DNA of 63,923 nt, filler included. It is 4 parts of 4 records of this genome, joined end to end, with 100 filler letters (N's around TTAATTAATTAA, not from the genome) between each part and the next. Parts side by side here need not be neighbours in the genome. Positions count along the whole stretch, not along the records: positions 18,985 to 34,228 come from SRR20825006_1340; positions 34,329 to 57,666 come from SRR20825006_1343; 2 more parts are not named here. The stretch is one strand, 5' to 3'. Shown in pieces: positions 32,450 through 42,006 of this stretch (position 1 is the stretch's first letter; every line of letters starts with the position of its first letter). The translations under genes and the position numbers were made by a program. The notes under the pieces were generated by a model. It made no database searches and had not been told where the DNA came from. It saw only the letters and a program-made list of their open reading frames with translations.

Positions 32450-33967
32450 ATGGCGGTGCTGCGCAAAGGAATATTACCAATTTTGCTTGCGGTGGTGATT
32501 TCATTTGCCGGAACGAGGTTGGTGGCGTGTGCCGGTCCGGTTTGGCCAAGCGATGATGAACAGCAGTTTCTGGATGCCTACCGCGACTATGTCGACGAAA
32601 GTGCGACCAGCGACCAATATGATCGCGCCGATAAACTGTTCGTCGAAGCGGTTCAGGTTCTCTCCGATACCTATGTGGAAAATATTGATCGCCCGGCGTT
32701 TGTCGAGCGTGCGATTGCCAGTTTGCCAAATCTTGAAACTGATGATCACACGCCAGACGGCATCGTTGGTGCAGTACTCGACGAAAGCCTGCACGACCTG
32801 GACCCGCATAGCGCATATATGACCGACGATATGTTCCGCCGTTTACAGGAAAGTACCGAGGGAAGTTTTGCCGGTGTTGGCATCGTGATTTCGCAGGACG
32901 AGGACAAGCTGATCCGTATCGTGTCACCGATTGACGATACACCTGCCGCACGGGCTGGCCTGCAACCCAATGACCGGATCACGCATATTGATGGTCATGA
33001 AATGAAGGGCGAGCCCATTGCCGAGGCTGTCCGTCTTATGCGCGGTCGCATCGGAGACCCGGTGACACTGTCGATACAGCGCAAGCAGGAAAACTTTGAC
33101 GTCACCGTGAAACGTGCACGGATCGAGGTGCCGTCGGTTACCGCATCAATCATCGATAACGATCTGGCCTACATCCGTGTGTCGCGTTTTGATGCCAGCA
33201 CATTGGATCAGACACGCGAATATCTTGAAATGCTGGAAAACAGGATCGGGGCACCGCGGGGCGTAATCGTTGATTTGCGACGCAACCCGGGTGGATTGCT
33301 TGATAGTGCCGCTGATATCGCCGATCAATTCCTGAGCAAGGGGCTGATTGTTGCGACCGAAGGGCGGGGCGAACGTAAATTACGCAGCTATGAAGCAGAC
33401 AGCAGCGATTATTTTGACGGTGCGCCCATGGCTATTCTGCTTGACCGTGGATCGGCGTCGGGCGCCGAATTGATGGCGGCCGCCCTGCGTGAAAACGGGC
33501 GAGGTGTCATCATCGGCGAACAGTCGTTTGGTAAAGGTTCAATGCAACGCATCATGCCGCTGACTTCTGGCGGTGGTCTTAAAATCACGACTGGTTATTA
33601 CACGACGCCGGAAAACCACATCGTGCAGGGCAATGGTGTTGTCCCGGATATCGAAGTCAAACTTCCTGATGCCGAAGAGTTCGAGCGGGAGGTTGACCTT
33701 GAGCACGCCTTGCCGCCGCGTCGCCGCGATCCGCGCAAGGTTCTTGCATCAATGGATGCAGCAAGTTGCGAACGCGATATAGAGGTTACCCGTATCGGCA
33801 AATCTGCAACAAATGATAATCCGTTGGACGCCGAAGGCGATGGCGAGGCCAAAGCCAAGGAATTGCAGCGTGATACTGTTCTTGAATGCGCCGTGGGCTA
33901 TTTCAGTGACGGTAAGCTTGCTGTGTATAGGGATCAGGTGGAGCCACTTTTGCGCGCGGGGCTCTAA
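32450..33967 (+). CDS. S41 family C-terminal processing peptidase (CtpA-like)
   Basis: LDPHSAY, PDZ domain, DLRRNPGG, SASGAE, SFGKGSMQ. Confidence 0.9.
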   Translation: MAVLRKGILPILLAVVISFAGTRLVACAGPVWPSDDEQQFLDAYRDYVDESATSDQYDRADKLFVEAVQVLSDTYVENIDRPAFVERAIASLPNLETDDHTPDGIVGAVLDESLHDLDPHSAYMTDDMFRRLQESTEGSFAGVGIVISQDEDKLIRIVSPIDDTPAARAGLQPNDRITHIDGHEMKGEPIAEAVRLMRGRIGDPVTLSIQRKQENFDVTVKRARIEVPSVTASIIDNDLAYIRVSRFDASTLDQTREYLEMLENRIGAPRGVIVDLRRNPGGLLDSAADIADQFLSKGLIVATEGRGERKLRSYEADSSDYFDGAPMAILLDRGSASGAELMAAALRENGRGVIIGEQSFGKGSMQRIMPLTSGGGLKITTGYYTTPENHIVQGNGVVPDIEVKLPDAEEFEREVDLEHALPPRRRDPRKVLASMDAASCERDIEVTRIGKSATNDNPLDAEGDGEAKAKELQRDTVLECAVGYFSDGKLAVYRDQVEPLLRAGL

Positions 33968-33982
33968 TTGCGATAAATTGTC

Positions 33983-34016
33983 AAAAAACGCGGCCCTGCA
34001 AAAGGCCGCGTTTTTT
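33983..34016. terminator. Bidirectional intrinsic terminator
   Basis: AAAAAA-CGCGGCC-loop-GGCCGCG-TTTTTT between convergent genes. Confidence 0.85.
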
Positions 34017-34044
34017 GTGTGTTTTGAAAGGTCTGCGGTGCTGC

Positions 34045-34227
34045 TTATCCACGCGCCAGAAGATCAATCAGGCTGGATGTATCCCAACGGTTTCCTCCAC
34101 GCTCCTGAACCTGCGCATAGAATTGATCAACAAGCGCGGTTACCGGCAGGCGCGCGCCATTGCGCTTCGATTCTTCAAGGCAGATGCCAAGATCTTTACG
34201 CATCCAGTCAACGGCAAAGCCAAAGTC
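34045..34227 (-). CDS. C-terminal fragment of an NAD(P)-dependent oxidoreductase (3-hydroxyisobutyrate dehydrogenase family), cut by contig end
   Basis: Manual translation DFGFAVDWMRKDLGICLEESKRNGARLPVTALVDQFYAQVQERGGNRWDTSSLIDLLARG*. Confidence 0.8.
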   Translation of the reverse strand, partial: DFGFAVDWMRKDLGICLEESKRNGARLPVTALVDQFYAQVQERGGNRWDTSSLIDLLARG

Positions 34228-34228
34228 A

Positions 34229-34328
34229 NNNNNNNNNNNNNNNNNNNNNNNNNNNNNNNNNNNNNNNNNNNNTTAATTAATTAANNNNNNNNNNNNNNNN
34301 NNNNNNNNNNNNNNNNNNNNNNNNNNNN
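34229..34328. other. Artificial contig linker
   Basis: N44-TTAATTAATTAA-N44. Confidence 0.98.
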
Positions 34329-34858
34329 GCCGGATAACTCTCCCGCCAGTCCGGCACCAGCCCGTAGAACTGCATCATGCCGAGCGCCGCCACGACGCAG
34401 AGCGCATCGAAACTGATCGGCGGCGCGCCCGCCGGGGCTTTCAATATCGCGTTCAGATGGGCCAGACCACGCCTGACCTGAACATCAGCCACCTCCAAAA
34501 GGGACCGGGAACGCTCCCCCTCCTCGCGCCTCATCTCACGCGACCAGACCGTGACCACATCGAGCAAGGCGAGCGACTGCGCCTCCGCCGCGACGGCCTG
34601 CCAGTCGCCATAGGGCGCGACGGTCCGCCTGCCGGATTTCTCGTCCAGATAGGCGCAGATATGACGCGCTTCAGAGAGCACGAGATCACCGTCCACCAAG
34701 AGCGGAATGCGCCCCAGCGGAGAAACCGGGATGACCGGGCTGTCCGGAGTCCGCAACCCCACCCAATCGAGCTCCAGCGCCTCGCCCAACCCGCTCTCGA
34801 TCGCGGTAATCCGGCAAATCCGGGCATAGGGCGAGTTCGGGGTGTAATAGAGCTTCAT
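34329..34858 (-). CDS. Glutathione S-transferase family protein, 3'-truncated
   Basis: MKLYYTPNSPYARICR, SPLGRIPLL, LSEARHICAYLD. Confidence 0.85.
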
Positions 34859-34977
34859 GGTGGCTGTTTCCTCACGGTTTTATTATTGGGCGCCACCCTA
34901 GCGCAGACCGTCCCCTGTGACAGGGACAAATGAGCGGGGGCGCCGGGTGGGGAGGTTACATGGCCGGGAAATACAAA

Positions 34978-35007
34978 GGCAGCTTTGGGTGGAGAGCGGT
35001 CATTCGC
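34978..35007 (+). repeat. Short GC-rich semi-palindromic element related to the repeats at 42677 and 44237
   Basis: GGCAGCTTTGGGTGGAGAGCGGTCATTCGC; its last 21 nt match GGGTGGGGAGCGGACACTCGC (44283-44303) at 18/21. Confidence 0.5.
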
Positions 35008-35108
35008 ACGATGGTCGCAAAAGATTGGCTGCGCGACCCGAAACTACTATTCGTCGTCAGGCATATGTGTTCACTTTGAGTACACGGCATTGTTTGCTCC
35101 CTTGCGAC

Positions 35109-36151
35109 TAGACCGGTCCCCTGATTGATGGAGTCGATTTGAGATTCCCAAGTCAGTTTGTTTCTGATTCAACATGTAGGCTTGGATCGGAGGCCAGCAT
35201 CTCATGGTTCGAGCTTACTCCCTTGATCTACACGAGCGTGTTGTTGCGGCGCTTGGAGTTGACGACAGCTGTCGCGTGGTGGCGTCCCGGTTCAGTGTTT
35301 TGGTTGCGACGGTGGTCCGCCGGGGTCAGCGTCAGCGGGAGACCGGCTCGCCCGCACCGGGCAAGTATGGCGCGCATAAGCGCCATCGTGTTGAGCTGCA
35401 CCGGAATCTGGCCCATCGACTGGTTGCCGCGCGGCCGGACCAGCCGGTAGGGGAGTTGCGGGAGGAACTTATGGCACACGGCATTGAGTTGAACCCGGAG
35501 TCGATCCGGCGCTTCCTCCATGCCGAAGCGCTTAGTTTCAAAAAAAAGCGCCTTCGCCACGGAGCAGGACCGGCCTGATATCTCTCGCCGCCGCGCCCGC
35601 TGGTGCCGCCATCAGAAAGGCATCGAGCGGAGCCGTCTGGTCTTCATTGATGAAACCTGGGCCAAGACCAACATGGCGCCCCTCCGGGGATGGGGCGAGC
35701 GCGGGGAGAGGTTGATCGGTAAGGTGCCGCATGACCGCTGACGAACCTATACCTTCATCGCCGCCTTGCGCAGCGACCGCGTGGACGCCCCTTTCCTGTT
35801 CGACGGGCCAATCAATGGTGAGCGTTTCCGCACCTGAGTCGAGCAGGCGCTGGTTCCAACCCTGAAGCCCGGCGATGTGGTGGTCCTGGACAATCTCGGC
35901 AGCCACAAAGGAAAAGCCGTCCGGCAAGCCATCAGGGACGCTGGCGCGCACCTGCTCTTCCTGCCCGCATACAGCCCCGATCAACCCTATCGAGCAGTTC
36001 TTCTCGAAGCTCAAACACTGGCTCAGACGCCAGAACATACGAAGCCCTGTGCAGCGCAATCGCCAATACCCTCGACGCTCTCCCGCCAGAAGAGTGCACA
36101 AACTACATCCAAAACTCGGGGTATGATCCCATCAAATAGGGGAACGCTCTA
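35109..36151 (+). mobile_element. IS630-family insertion sequence, inactive
   Basis: Imperfect terminal IRs (CTAGACCGGTCCCCTGATTGATGG vs reverse complement CTAGAGCGTTCCCCTATTTGATGG), TA at both ends, transposase remnants inside. Confidence 0.9.
35204..36126 (+). pseudogene. IS630 transposase pseudogene
   Basis: OrfA MVRAYSLDLHERV; A8 slippery site 35540-35547; FIDETW, DNLGSHK, PAYSPD/NPIE motifs; in-frame TGA at 35739 and 35835 plus a frameshift near 35980. Confidence 0.9.
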
Positions 36152-36368
36152 GAATCAACCATTTCCGTGAAAACTTAGAGCCCAGAACACAAATGCCCCC
36201 TGGGTCGGCATTCTCTTTGTCATTCTATAAGCCAAATCAAAATTCTCGCAATAATAGCTTAACAAAATCAAAACAATCTCTTTGCTTGTGAATAATTCGA
36301 ATTTTTATGCATATTAAATTACGACAAATATTACTCACGTTTCAACCCTAACAACGGAGTACCTGACA

Positions 36369-37517
36369 GTGATTTCGAGCAAAAACATCGATAGAGATCT
36401 GGTCATTTTGATCTTTGGATACGGTGTCCTCTCAGGTGCCGTCTTGGACCACCTCTCAAATCGCGGTTATCCTGCAGAAATCCACATCGCAGGACGAAGC
36501 CTCGAGAAACTTTGCCGGAGAGTGAATCTCGCGAGATATGCATCGGCGAACTTCGGGCATTTTCCAAAAATTTTCGAACATCAAAACGATATCTATGACG
36601 TGGCCGCGACAGCCGAATTGATTGCGCAGGTCAAACCGGATCTGATCTTTAATGCTACCTCGCCACTCCCATGGTGGGCGATCAGCAAGCTTCCGAGCGA
36701 TATAGCCAAGCTGGTAAACGACGCTGGAGGCGGGGCATGGACGCCAACTGATGCGGTTTTGCCCTATAAGCTGGCTCAAGCACTAAAACTTAGTGGCGAA
36801 CAGGGGATCTTTGTAAACGGATCGTATGCTGACGTCGTCAACCCTGCCCTAAGGGGCATCGGTTTATCCCCATCGGTTGGTGTCGGTAACGTCGCCAACG
36901 CGGTCCCTGGGCTACGTTACGCGATCGCGGATTTGTCTGGGCGGCCTGCGGATGAATTGATCGTCCGCTTCGTGGCGCACCATTTCATCAGTTTCTCAAT
37001 GCCAACACTCGGCCACACGAGTGGCGCCCCCTATAACCTTACAGCAGAATATCGCGGGCAGGATATTTCCGCAGAATTCAACCCTGAGGAAGCCTTCACC
37101 TTGGTGGCCACCAGGTTTCGGCGCATTAAAGGTCTTGAGGGCCAGGCCGTTACAGCTTCCTCGGCCATGCAGGTGCTCGACGCAATAATCACCGACAGCG
37201 GCGCAAATTGTCATGCGCCTGGCCCGCTGGGATTGCCTGGTGGCTACCCAGTCAAATTAAACCGAAATGGCCCCGTACTGGATCTCCCACCCGGACTAAC
37301 CACAGAGGAAGCCGACCGGATCAACCGGGTTGGCCAGAAATGGGATGGGATCGATGAGATCGATCTCAACGGAAAAATCCACTTCACGCAAAAGTGCCAG
37401 GACATTATGCGATCGGTTTTCAAATTCGACTGCTCCGTGATGCCGATAAAAGAGTGCGAACAATGGGCCGCCGAACTTCTGATGAAGTTTGACGAAGTTC
37501 TTGAGAAGGCGGCGTAG
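36369..37517 (+). CDS. Uncharacterised NAD(P)-binding oxidoreductase (Rossmann N-terminus; saccharopine-dehydrogenase-like or LDH/MDH-like)
   Basis: ILIFGYGVLS, HIAGRSLEKL, PDLIFNAT; C-terminal GLPGGYPVKL; GTG start with GGAG RBS. Confidence 0.6.
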   Translation: MISSKNIDRDLVILIFGYGVLSGAVLDHLSNRGYPAEIHIAGRSLEKLCRRVNLARYASANFGHFPKIFEHQNDIYDVAATAELIAQVKPDLIFNATSPLPWWAISKLPSDIAKLVNDAGGGAWTPTDAVLPYKLAQALKLSGEQGIFVNGSYADVVNPALRGIGLSPSVGVGNVANAVPGLRYAIADLSGRPADELIVRFVAHHFISFSMPTLGHTSGAPYNLTAEYRGQDISAEFNPEEAFTLVATRFRRIKGLEGQAVTASSAMQVLDAIITDSGANCHAPGPLGLPGGYPVKLNRNGPVLDLPPGLTTEEADRINRVGQKWDGIDEIDLNGKIHFTQKCQDIMRSVFKFDCSVMPIKECEQWAAELLMKFDEVLEKAA

Positions 37518-37519
37518 CC

Positions 37520-38941
37520 ATGTCTGATCATTTAGAGCGGATTGCTCACGTCCGGTCGGTGCTCTCGGGGCGATCTGGCGATCAGCCATTTGACCGGGTA
37601 CATCCGGAAGTTATCTCATTGGCCAACGGCGACGGAACACGGCGACCGCATGAGAACACGATCGAGGCCGCCGTCTGTGCGATCTTGGATTCTGATAGCT
37701 ATTCGTTCGACAATTATCATTTCCAAGAAGTCCATCGACTATTTGCACAAGCAGCACGCCACGATTTGACTCAAATAGGAGTATCGTCAAAACAGACTGG
37801 AAACCTGTTGGTCGACTTTGGGTCGTCCAGCATCATTACAGGCATATTCCAATGTCTCCTGAGCCCGCAAGATATCGTGCTCTCTGCACCCGCCTTTTAT
37901 CATGGGCTAATCGAATGGTGCAACGTCAGCGGTGTGGATCTCGCCGTCATAGGCAGGGGCGAGCCTGGTGCGCCGAGACATTCGGCCCACATCATTCGTG
38001 AGTGGTTCGAGACAGCGGATCCAGAAACGCGGCGGCGGACCCGGGCAATCTTCTTCCCCAATCCAACATTCACTGGCCATGTCTATTCACACGAAGAGTT
38101 GCGTGAGATCGCCCAGACCATTGGGGAATTTGGCCTGATCGCTGTTTGCGACATGGTGTTTTCTGGAGTGGAATATGGCGATAGACACGCCCTCTCTCTA
38201 GCGGTGTTCCGCGATATTTCTGACCGTGTGATAACCGTGAGAAGCGTGTCCAAGGCCCACAATCTTGCCAATATCCGCGTCGGCTGGGCAGGTGGAAGTG
38301 CGGATTTCATCACACGACTAGAGGACTACAGGGAAGTCACAAAGGGCTCGGTGCCTTTCCTGTGTCAATCGATCGCTGCTGCAGCTCTGACAGCACCAGA
38401 AACCTATGGAAGAGACAATGCAGAGGAGTGCCAGAGACGCGCTAATTCAATTATTCATTGGGTGGAGGCGTTGAATCTCAGGGTCCGTCGTCACTCTGGG
38501 ATCGACACATGCCTCCGCCCACTGGGGATACCCCAAGCGGGCCACTCCATCCTCCTCGACGCGTCACCTTTACAGGGCATGGAGACGCCGGACGGGATGC
38601 GATTGGAGACAAGCGTAGATCTGTGCGAGTTCTTCCTGCAGCACCATCGCGTCTGCATCTCCCCTGGCTACTCGATGGGGTTCGATGGGATGGAATTTCG
38701 ACTAGCTTACGGTTCCGTCGGACTGAACCAGTCATATTCGGCTAGCAGGAAGGCCGAACTAGCCGCAGCTCTCCGAGGAGCGGGACACAAGACAGACCGT
38801 GAGGCCCAGCAGATCACGCCTTTCGTAGGTGGGTCGCGATTGCTCCGGCAAGCATGCAACCGCATGGAGCAAGCGATTGATGCCATTTTGAAACACAATC
38901 AATTGGCCGAGCAGAGCAACGTCAATGAACTTGCTTCGTAA
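37520..38941 (+). CDS. PLP-dependent enzyme, aminotransferase class I/II fold
   Basis: FPNPTFTG, CDMVF, SVSKAHNLANIRVGW (PLP lysine), FRLAY. Confidence 0.85.
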   Translation: MSDHLERIAHVRSVLSGRSGDQPFDRVHPEVISLANGDGTRRPHENTIEAAVCAILDSDSYSFDNYHFQEVHRLFAQAARHDLTQIGVSSKQTGNLLVDFGSSSIITGIFQCLLSPQDIVLSAPAFYHGLIEWCNVSGVDLAVIGRGEPGAPRHSAHIIREWFETADPETRRRTRAIFFPNPTFTGHVYSHEELREIAQTIGEFGLIAVCDMVFSGVEYGDRHALSLAVFRDISDRVITVRSVSKAHNLANIRVGWAGGSADFITRLEDYREVTKGSVPFLCQSIAAAALTAPETYGRDNAEECQRRANSIIHWVEALNLRVRRHSGIDTCLRPLGIPQAGHSILLDASPLQGMETPDGMRLETSVDLCEFFLQHHRVCISPGYSMGFDGMEFRLAYGSVGLNQSYSASRKAELAAALRGAGHKTDREAQQITPFVGGSRLLRQACNRMEQAIDAILKHNQLAEQSNVNELAS

Positions 38942-40049
38942 CCCGTCTCACCAGAATACCAGGCGGGCTTCGGCACATGAAGTGCGCGTGGATTATGAAC
39001 GCATCCAGGACAACTGGTCGACGATCAGCCGGATGACCCGACACGGAACAAGTGTGGCCGGCGTACTGAAATGCGACGCCTATGGCTTTGGCGTCAGCGA
39101 GGTCGCCAAAACGCTTTACCGAAGGGGATGCCAAACCTTCTTCGTCAGTTCCGTCGAGGAAGCAGTCATGGTCCGGAAAGAGGTTCCGGACCCGAATGTG
39201 AGAGTCATCGCCCTTTACCCGGATCTTTCGGTGCTAAACGTGAGCAATGTATTGAGGTCTTACTCGATCACGCCCTGCCTAGCATCCCTCGCAGACGCGA
39301 GAATGGTCCTTGATTTTGATCTAACTTCAGATCTTGTCGTTCTCGTTGATACAGGGATGTCACAGCAGGGCATTCCAGCACAAGACGCTCCAGCGCTTTC
39401 GCGCATGCTCGCGAACCGCCGCACTTCAAAGCTTTTGGTGCTCAGCCACCTCGCCAATTCAGAGAACCGATCCGCAATCGAGAACAGACAGCAACTTAGT
39501 TCTTTCCTGTCCATCTGCGCTGAATTGCAGCCGGACGAACGCAGCCTAGCTGCATCCGCCGGTATTATGCTTGGGTCTGACTACCATTTCGATCTTATCC
39601 GCACTGGCGATGCTCTTTTCGGCATCAATCCTTTAGCCTCGTTTCCGGCTCCTACGCGCCCGGTCTTGTCACTCACCGGGCGCATCGAGTCCATCCGAAC
39701 TGTGCCTGAGGGAAAAGCTATAGGCTATGGCGGCGATTGTACCTTAGCCCGAGATACTCGCCGGATTGCAATGGTTCGGGTCGGCTATGCTGACGGCTAT
39801 CCCCGCCTTACCCGAGGACATCGCCATGCGATTGTTAACGGACGAGCGTTAAGAATCGCCGGGCAAATTTCGATGGAATTCACCTGCATCGATGTCACCG
39901 ATGTACAGCAAAGTCTGATATCGGTCGGGACCGATGTTGAACTAATCGGCGACTATATAACCCTAAACCATATCGCTGAAAGCGCGGGAACCGTCGCTAC
40001 TGAGATCGCACTTCGCATCCTCTTGTCACCTTCGAATATACGAAAATGA
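38925..40049 (+). CDS. alr: Alanine racemase-family protein (divergent)
   Basis: GVLKCDAYGFG (PLP lysine), VDTGM, IGYGG (catalytic Tyr), VGYADGYPR. Confidence 0.85.
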   Translation: MNLLRNPSHQNTRRASAHEVRVDYERIQDNWSTISRMTRHGTSVAGVLKCDAYGFGVSEVAKTLYRRGCQTFFVSSVEEAVMVRKEVPDPNVRVIALYPDLSVLNVSNVLRSYSITPCLASLADARMVLDFDLTSDLVVLVDTGMSQQGIPAQDAPALSRMLANRRTSKLLVLSHLANSENRSAIENRQQLSSFLSICAELQPDERSLAASAGIMLGSDYHFDLIRTGDALFGINPLASFPAPTRPVLSLTGRIESIRTVPEGKAIGYGGDCTLARDTRRIAMVRVGYADGYPRLTRGHRHAIVNGRALRIAGQISMEFTCIDVTDVQQSLISVGTDVELIGDYITLNHIAESAGTVATEIALRILLSPSNIRK

Positions 40050-40107
40050 CAAACAGCATTTGTTGACACGAGCCCTCATCCGCCAGAGCAACTGCTAGGG
40101 AATTTAC

Positions 40108-40908
40108 ATGTCTAGGGAAATCTCGTCTCTGTCGGAGATCAGTAACCGCTATTCATCCATCATTGTGGATGTGTGGGGCGTTTTGTGCGACGGCGTCAAC
40201 GCGCATGGACCTGCGAAGGATGCCCTGTCAAGATATCGAGAAAATGGGCATGTAATTCTCCTATCCAATACTGCACGATCAGTTAGAGGGCTCGGACAGT
40301 TTCTCGACAGCATAGGAATAACCTCTTCCCTCTACAATGGAATCGTGACCGCAGGGCAGTTGTGTCGCGATTCTATTCAGGCGAGCGGACTGGCCTATAA
40401 GTCGATCTATCATCTCGGATCAGAGGATGACCTCCAAATATTCGCAGACATCGCAGTCCCATTTTGTAGCACGTTAGCGGATGCGTCGGCCCTCCTATGT
40501 ACGGGCCCCAATAGTAACGACAGCGATCTCTCCAAAGAATTTGAAACGATGGCTCGTGCTATTTCTCTCAATATGCCCATGATTTGCGCGAACCCGGATC
40601 TCTACGTGCAGGTTGGTAATAAGACGATACCCTGCGCAGGCATTCTCGCAGCACAATATGGGAAAATGGGTGGGGCGGTTCAGTATTTCGGCAAACCGTA
40701 TGGAGCAATTTACGATCAATGCTGGCATCATTTACGCCAGGCGGGCATATCGGACGATCCGGGCAATATACTCGCAATCGGTGATACGATCGCAACCGAC
40801 ATTTACGGTGCCCAGAAAGTTGGGATTCAATCCTTGTTCATCCGCAACTCTAGCACTCTCGATTGCTGGGATGTGGAGCCGCATTATCACATGACATATT
40901 TAGCCTGA
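40108..40908 (+). CDS. HAD-superfamily subfamily IIA hydrolase (TIGR01459-like)
   Basis: DVWGVL, LLSNT, CANPD, GKPY, IGDTIATDIYGA. Confidence 0.88.
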   Translation: MSREISSLSEISNRYSSIIVDVWGVLCDGVNAHGPAKDALSRYRENGHVILLSNTARSVRGLGQFLDSIGITSSLYNGIVTAGQLCRDSIQASGLAYKSIYHLGSEDDLQIFADIAVPFCSTLADASALLCTGPNSNDSDLSKEFETMARAISLNMPMICANPDLYVQVGNKTIPCAGILAAQYGKMGGAVQYFGKPYGAIYDQCWHHLRQAGISDDPGNILAIGDTIATDIYGAQKVGIQSLFIRNSSTLDCWDVEPHYHMTYLA

Positions 40909-40995
40909 CGACGGAGGCCCCACCTTGATAAGGTTTTGGCATCGGAACAGCTTAATTTCAAATGGAGACGCGCGCCTTCGTGGAAGGGGCGCCGA

Positions 40996-42006
40996 ATGAA
41001 TTCCTATCAGACCCGCTCGATAGTTGCGCTGTCCGCATCAGAATTCAGTTGGGCCATGCTCCTGGTCGCTAGTCATTTAGCCATTGCTCGCTATGCTCTA
41101 GAGCCGTTCCTGTTCTCGACTATTCAGTTATTTTCGGGAGGGCTCGTTCTGATCCTGCTGTCCCGGCATCCGCTCGACTGGCGTGATTTCCTTCTCGATT
41201 ACCATACCATCTTATACGGGGTGGCACGTGTCGGAACCGGCGCCTTCTTCACAGCAGCCCTGGTTCACATCGCCGCGTCCAGCGCCGCGATGCTCGGCAT
41301 CTTCAATGTTACCATTGGCATGACACTGCTCTTCATGCTGCACCGGAAACTGCCATCCATGGCCGAATTGCCGGGCCATGGTTTGATCCTGGGCGGGTTT
41401 CTAACTCTCTGCTGGCAGCTGGAGGATGGCTTTTCCAACCCCGCGATTCTGTTCATGCTCGCCTCGGAGGTCTGCGTCGTGATCTCGTCTATCGTCGCCG
41501 AGCGGCACCCTCGGAACCAGGGCGATAACCCGGGACAACGCGCCTATCTCACCGGCGTCCTGCTTACGACAAGTGGTTTCCTGACAGTCTTGGGGGCGCT
41601 CGCCATCAACTTTATCTCTTTGGCGCTAGTCGGAGATAGTGGTTTCACGGACGTCGGCGCGGCGCTTTCGGCAGTCTTCCAGCCTGATGTCTGGATCTTT
41701 GGCGCCCTTATTGGTGTCTTATTACGCGGTCCGGTTGTATATTTCTCGCTCCGGGCCGTTCAACTCGCGGGCGCACAGTCCTATCTCGCTTTCTCCGCTT
41801 TGCTACCCTTCCTATCCTTGGGCCTCGAGCATCTGTTGTCGGCCTCTGGACACCAATTGGCTAGCATCACAAGGCCAGAGCAAGTTGCAACTGGACTGAT
41901 CATGACACTCGGTTCGCTATGGGTTCTGGCTAATCAGCAGAATTGGCCAGTTGTCCATCGCCTTGTCGGACGAACAGCACCCGTTGCCAAAGGTGATGAC
42001 GATTGA
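40996..42006 (+). CDS. DMT/EamA-like membrane transporter
   Basis: About 10 predicted TM helices in two repeats; last gene of the operon; RBS GGAAGGGG. Confidence 0.65.
   Translation: MNSYQTRSIVALSASEFSWAMLLVASHLAIARYALEPFLFSTIQLFSGGLVLILLSRHPLDWRDFLLDYHTILYGVARVGTGAFFTAALVHIAASSAAMLGIFNVTIGMTLLFMLHRKLPSMAELPGHGLILGGFLTLCWQLEDGFSNPAILFMLASEVCVVISSIVAERHPRNQGDNPGQRAYLTGVLLTTSGFLTVLGALAINFISLALVGDSGFTDVGAALSAVFQPDVWIFGALIGVLLRGPVVYFSLRAVQLAGAQSYLAFSALLPFLSLGLEHLLSASGHQLASITRPEQVATGLIMTLGSLWVLANQQNWPVVHRLVGRTAPVAKGDDD

Noticed and set aside
35739-35837. TGA read as Trp (alternative genetic code) in the IS630 transposase
   Set aside because: Neighbouring genes terminate normally at TGA, and the transposase also has a frameshift, so decay is the simpler explanation.
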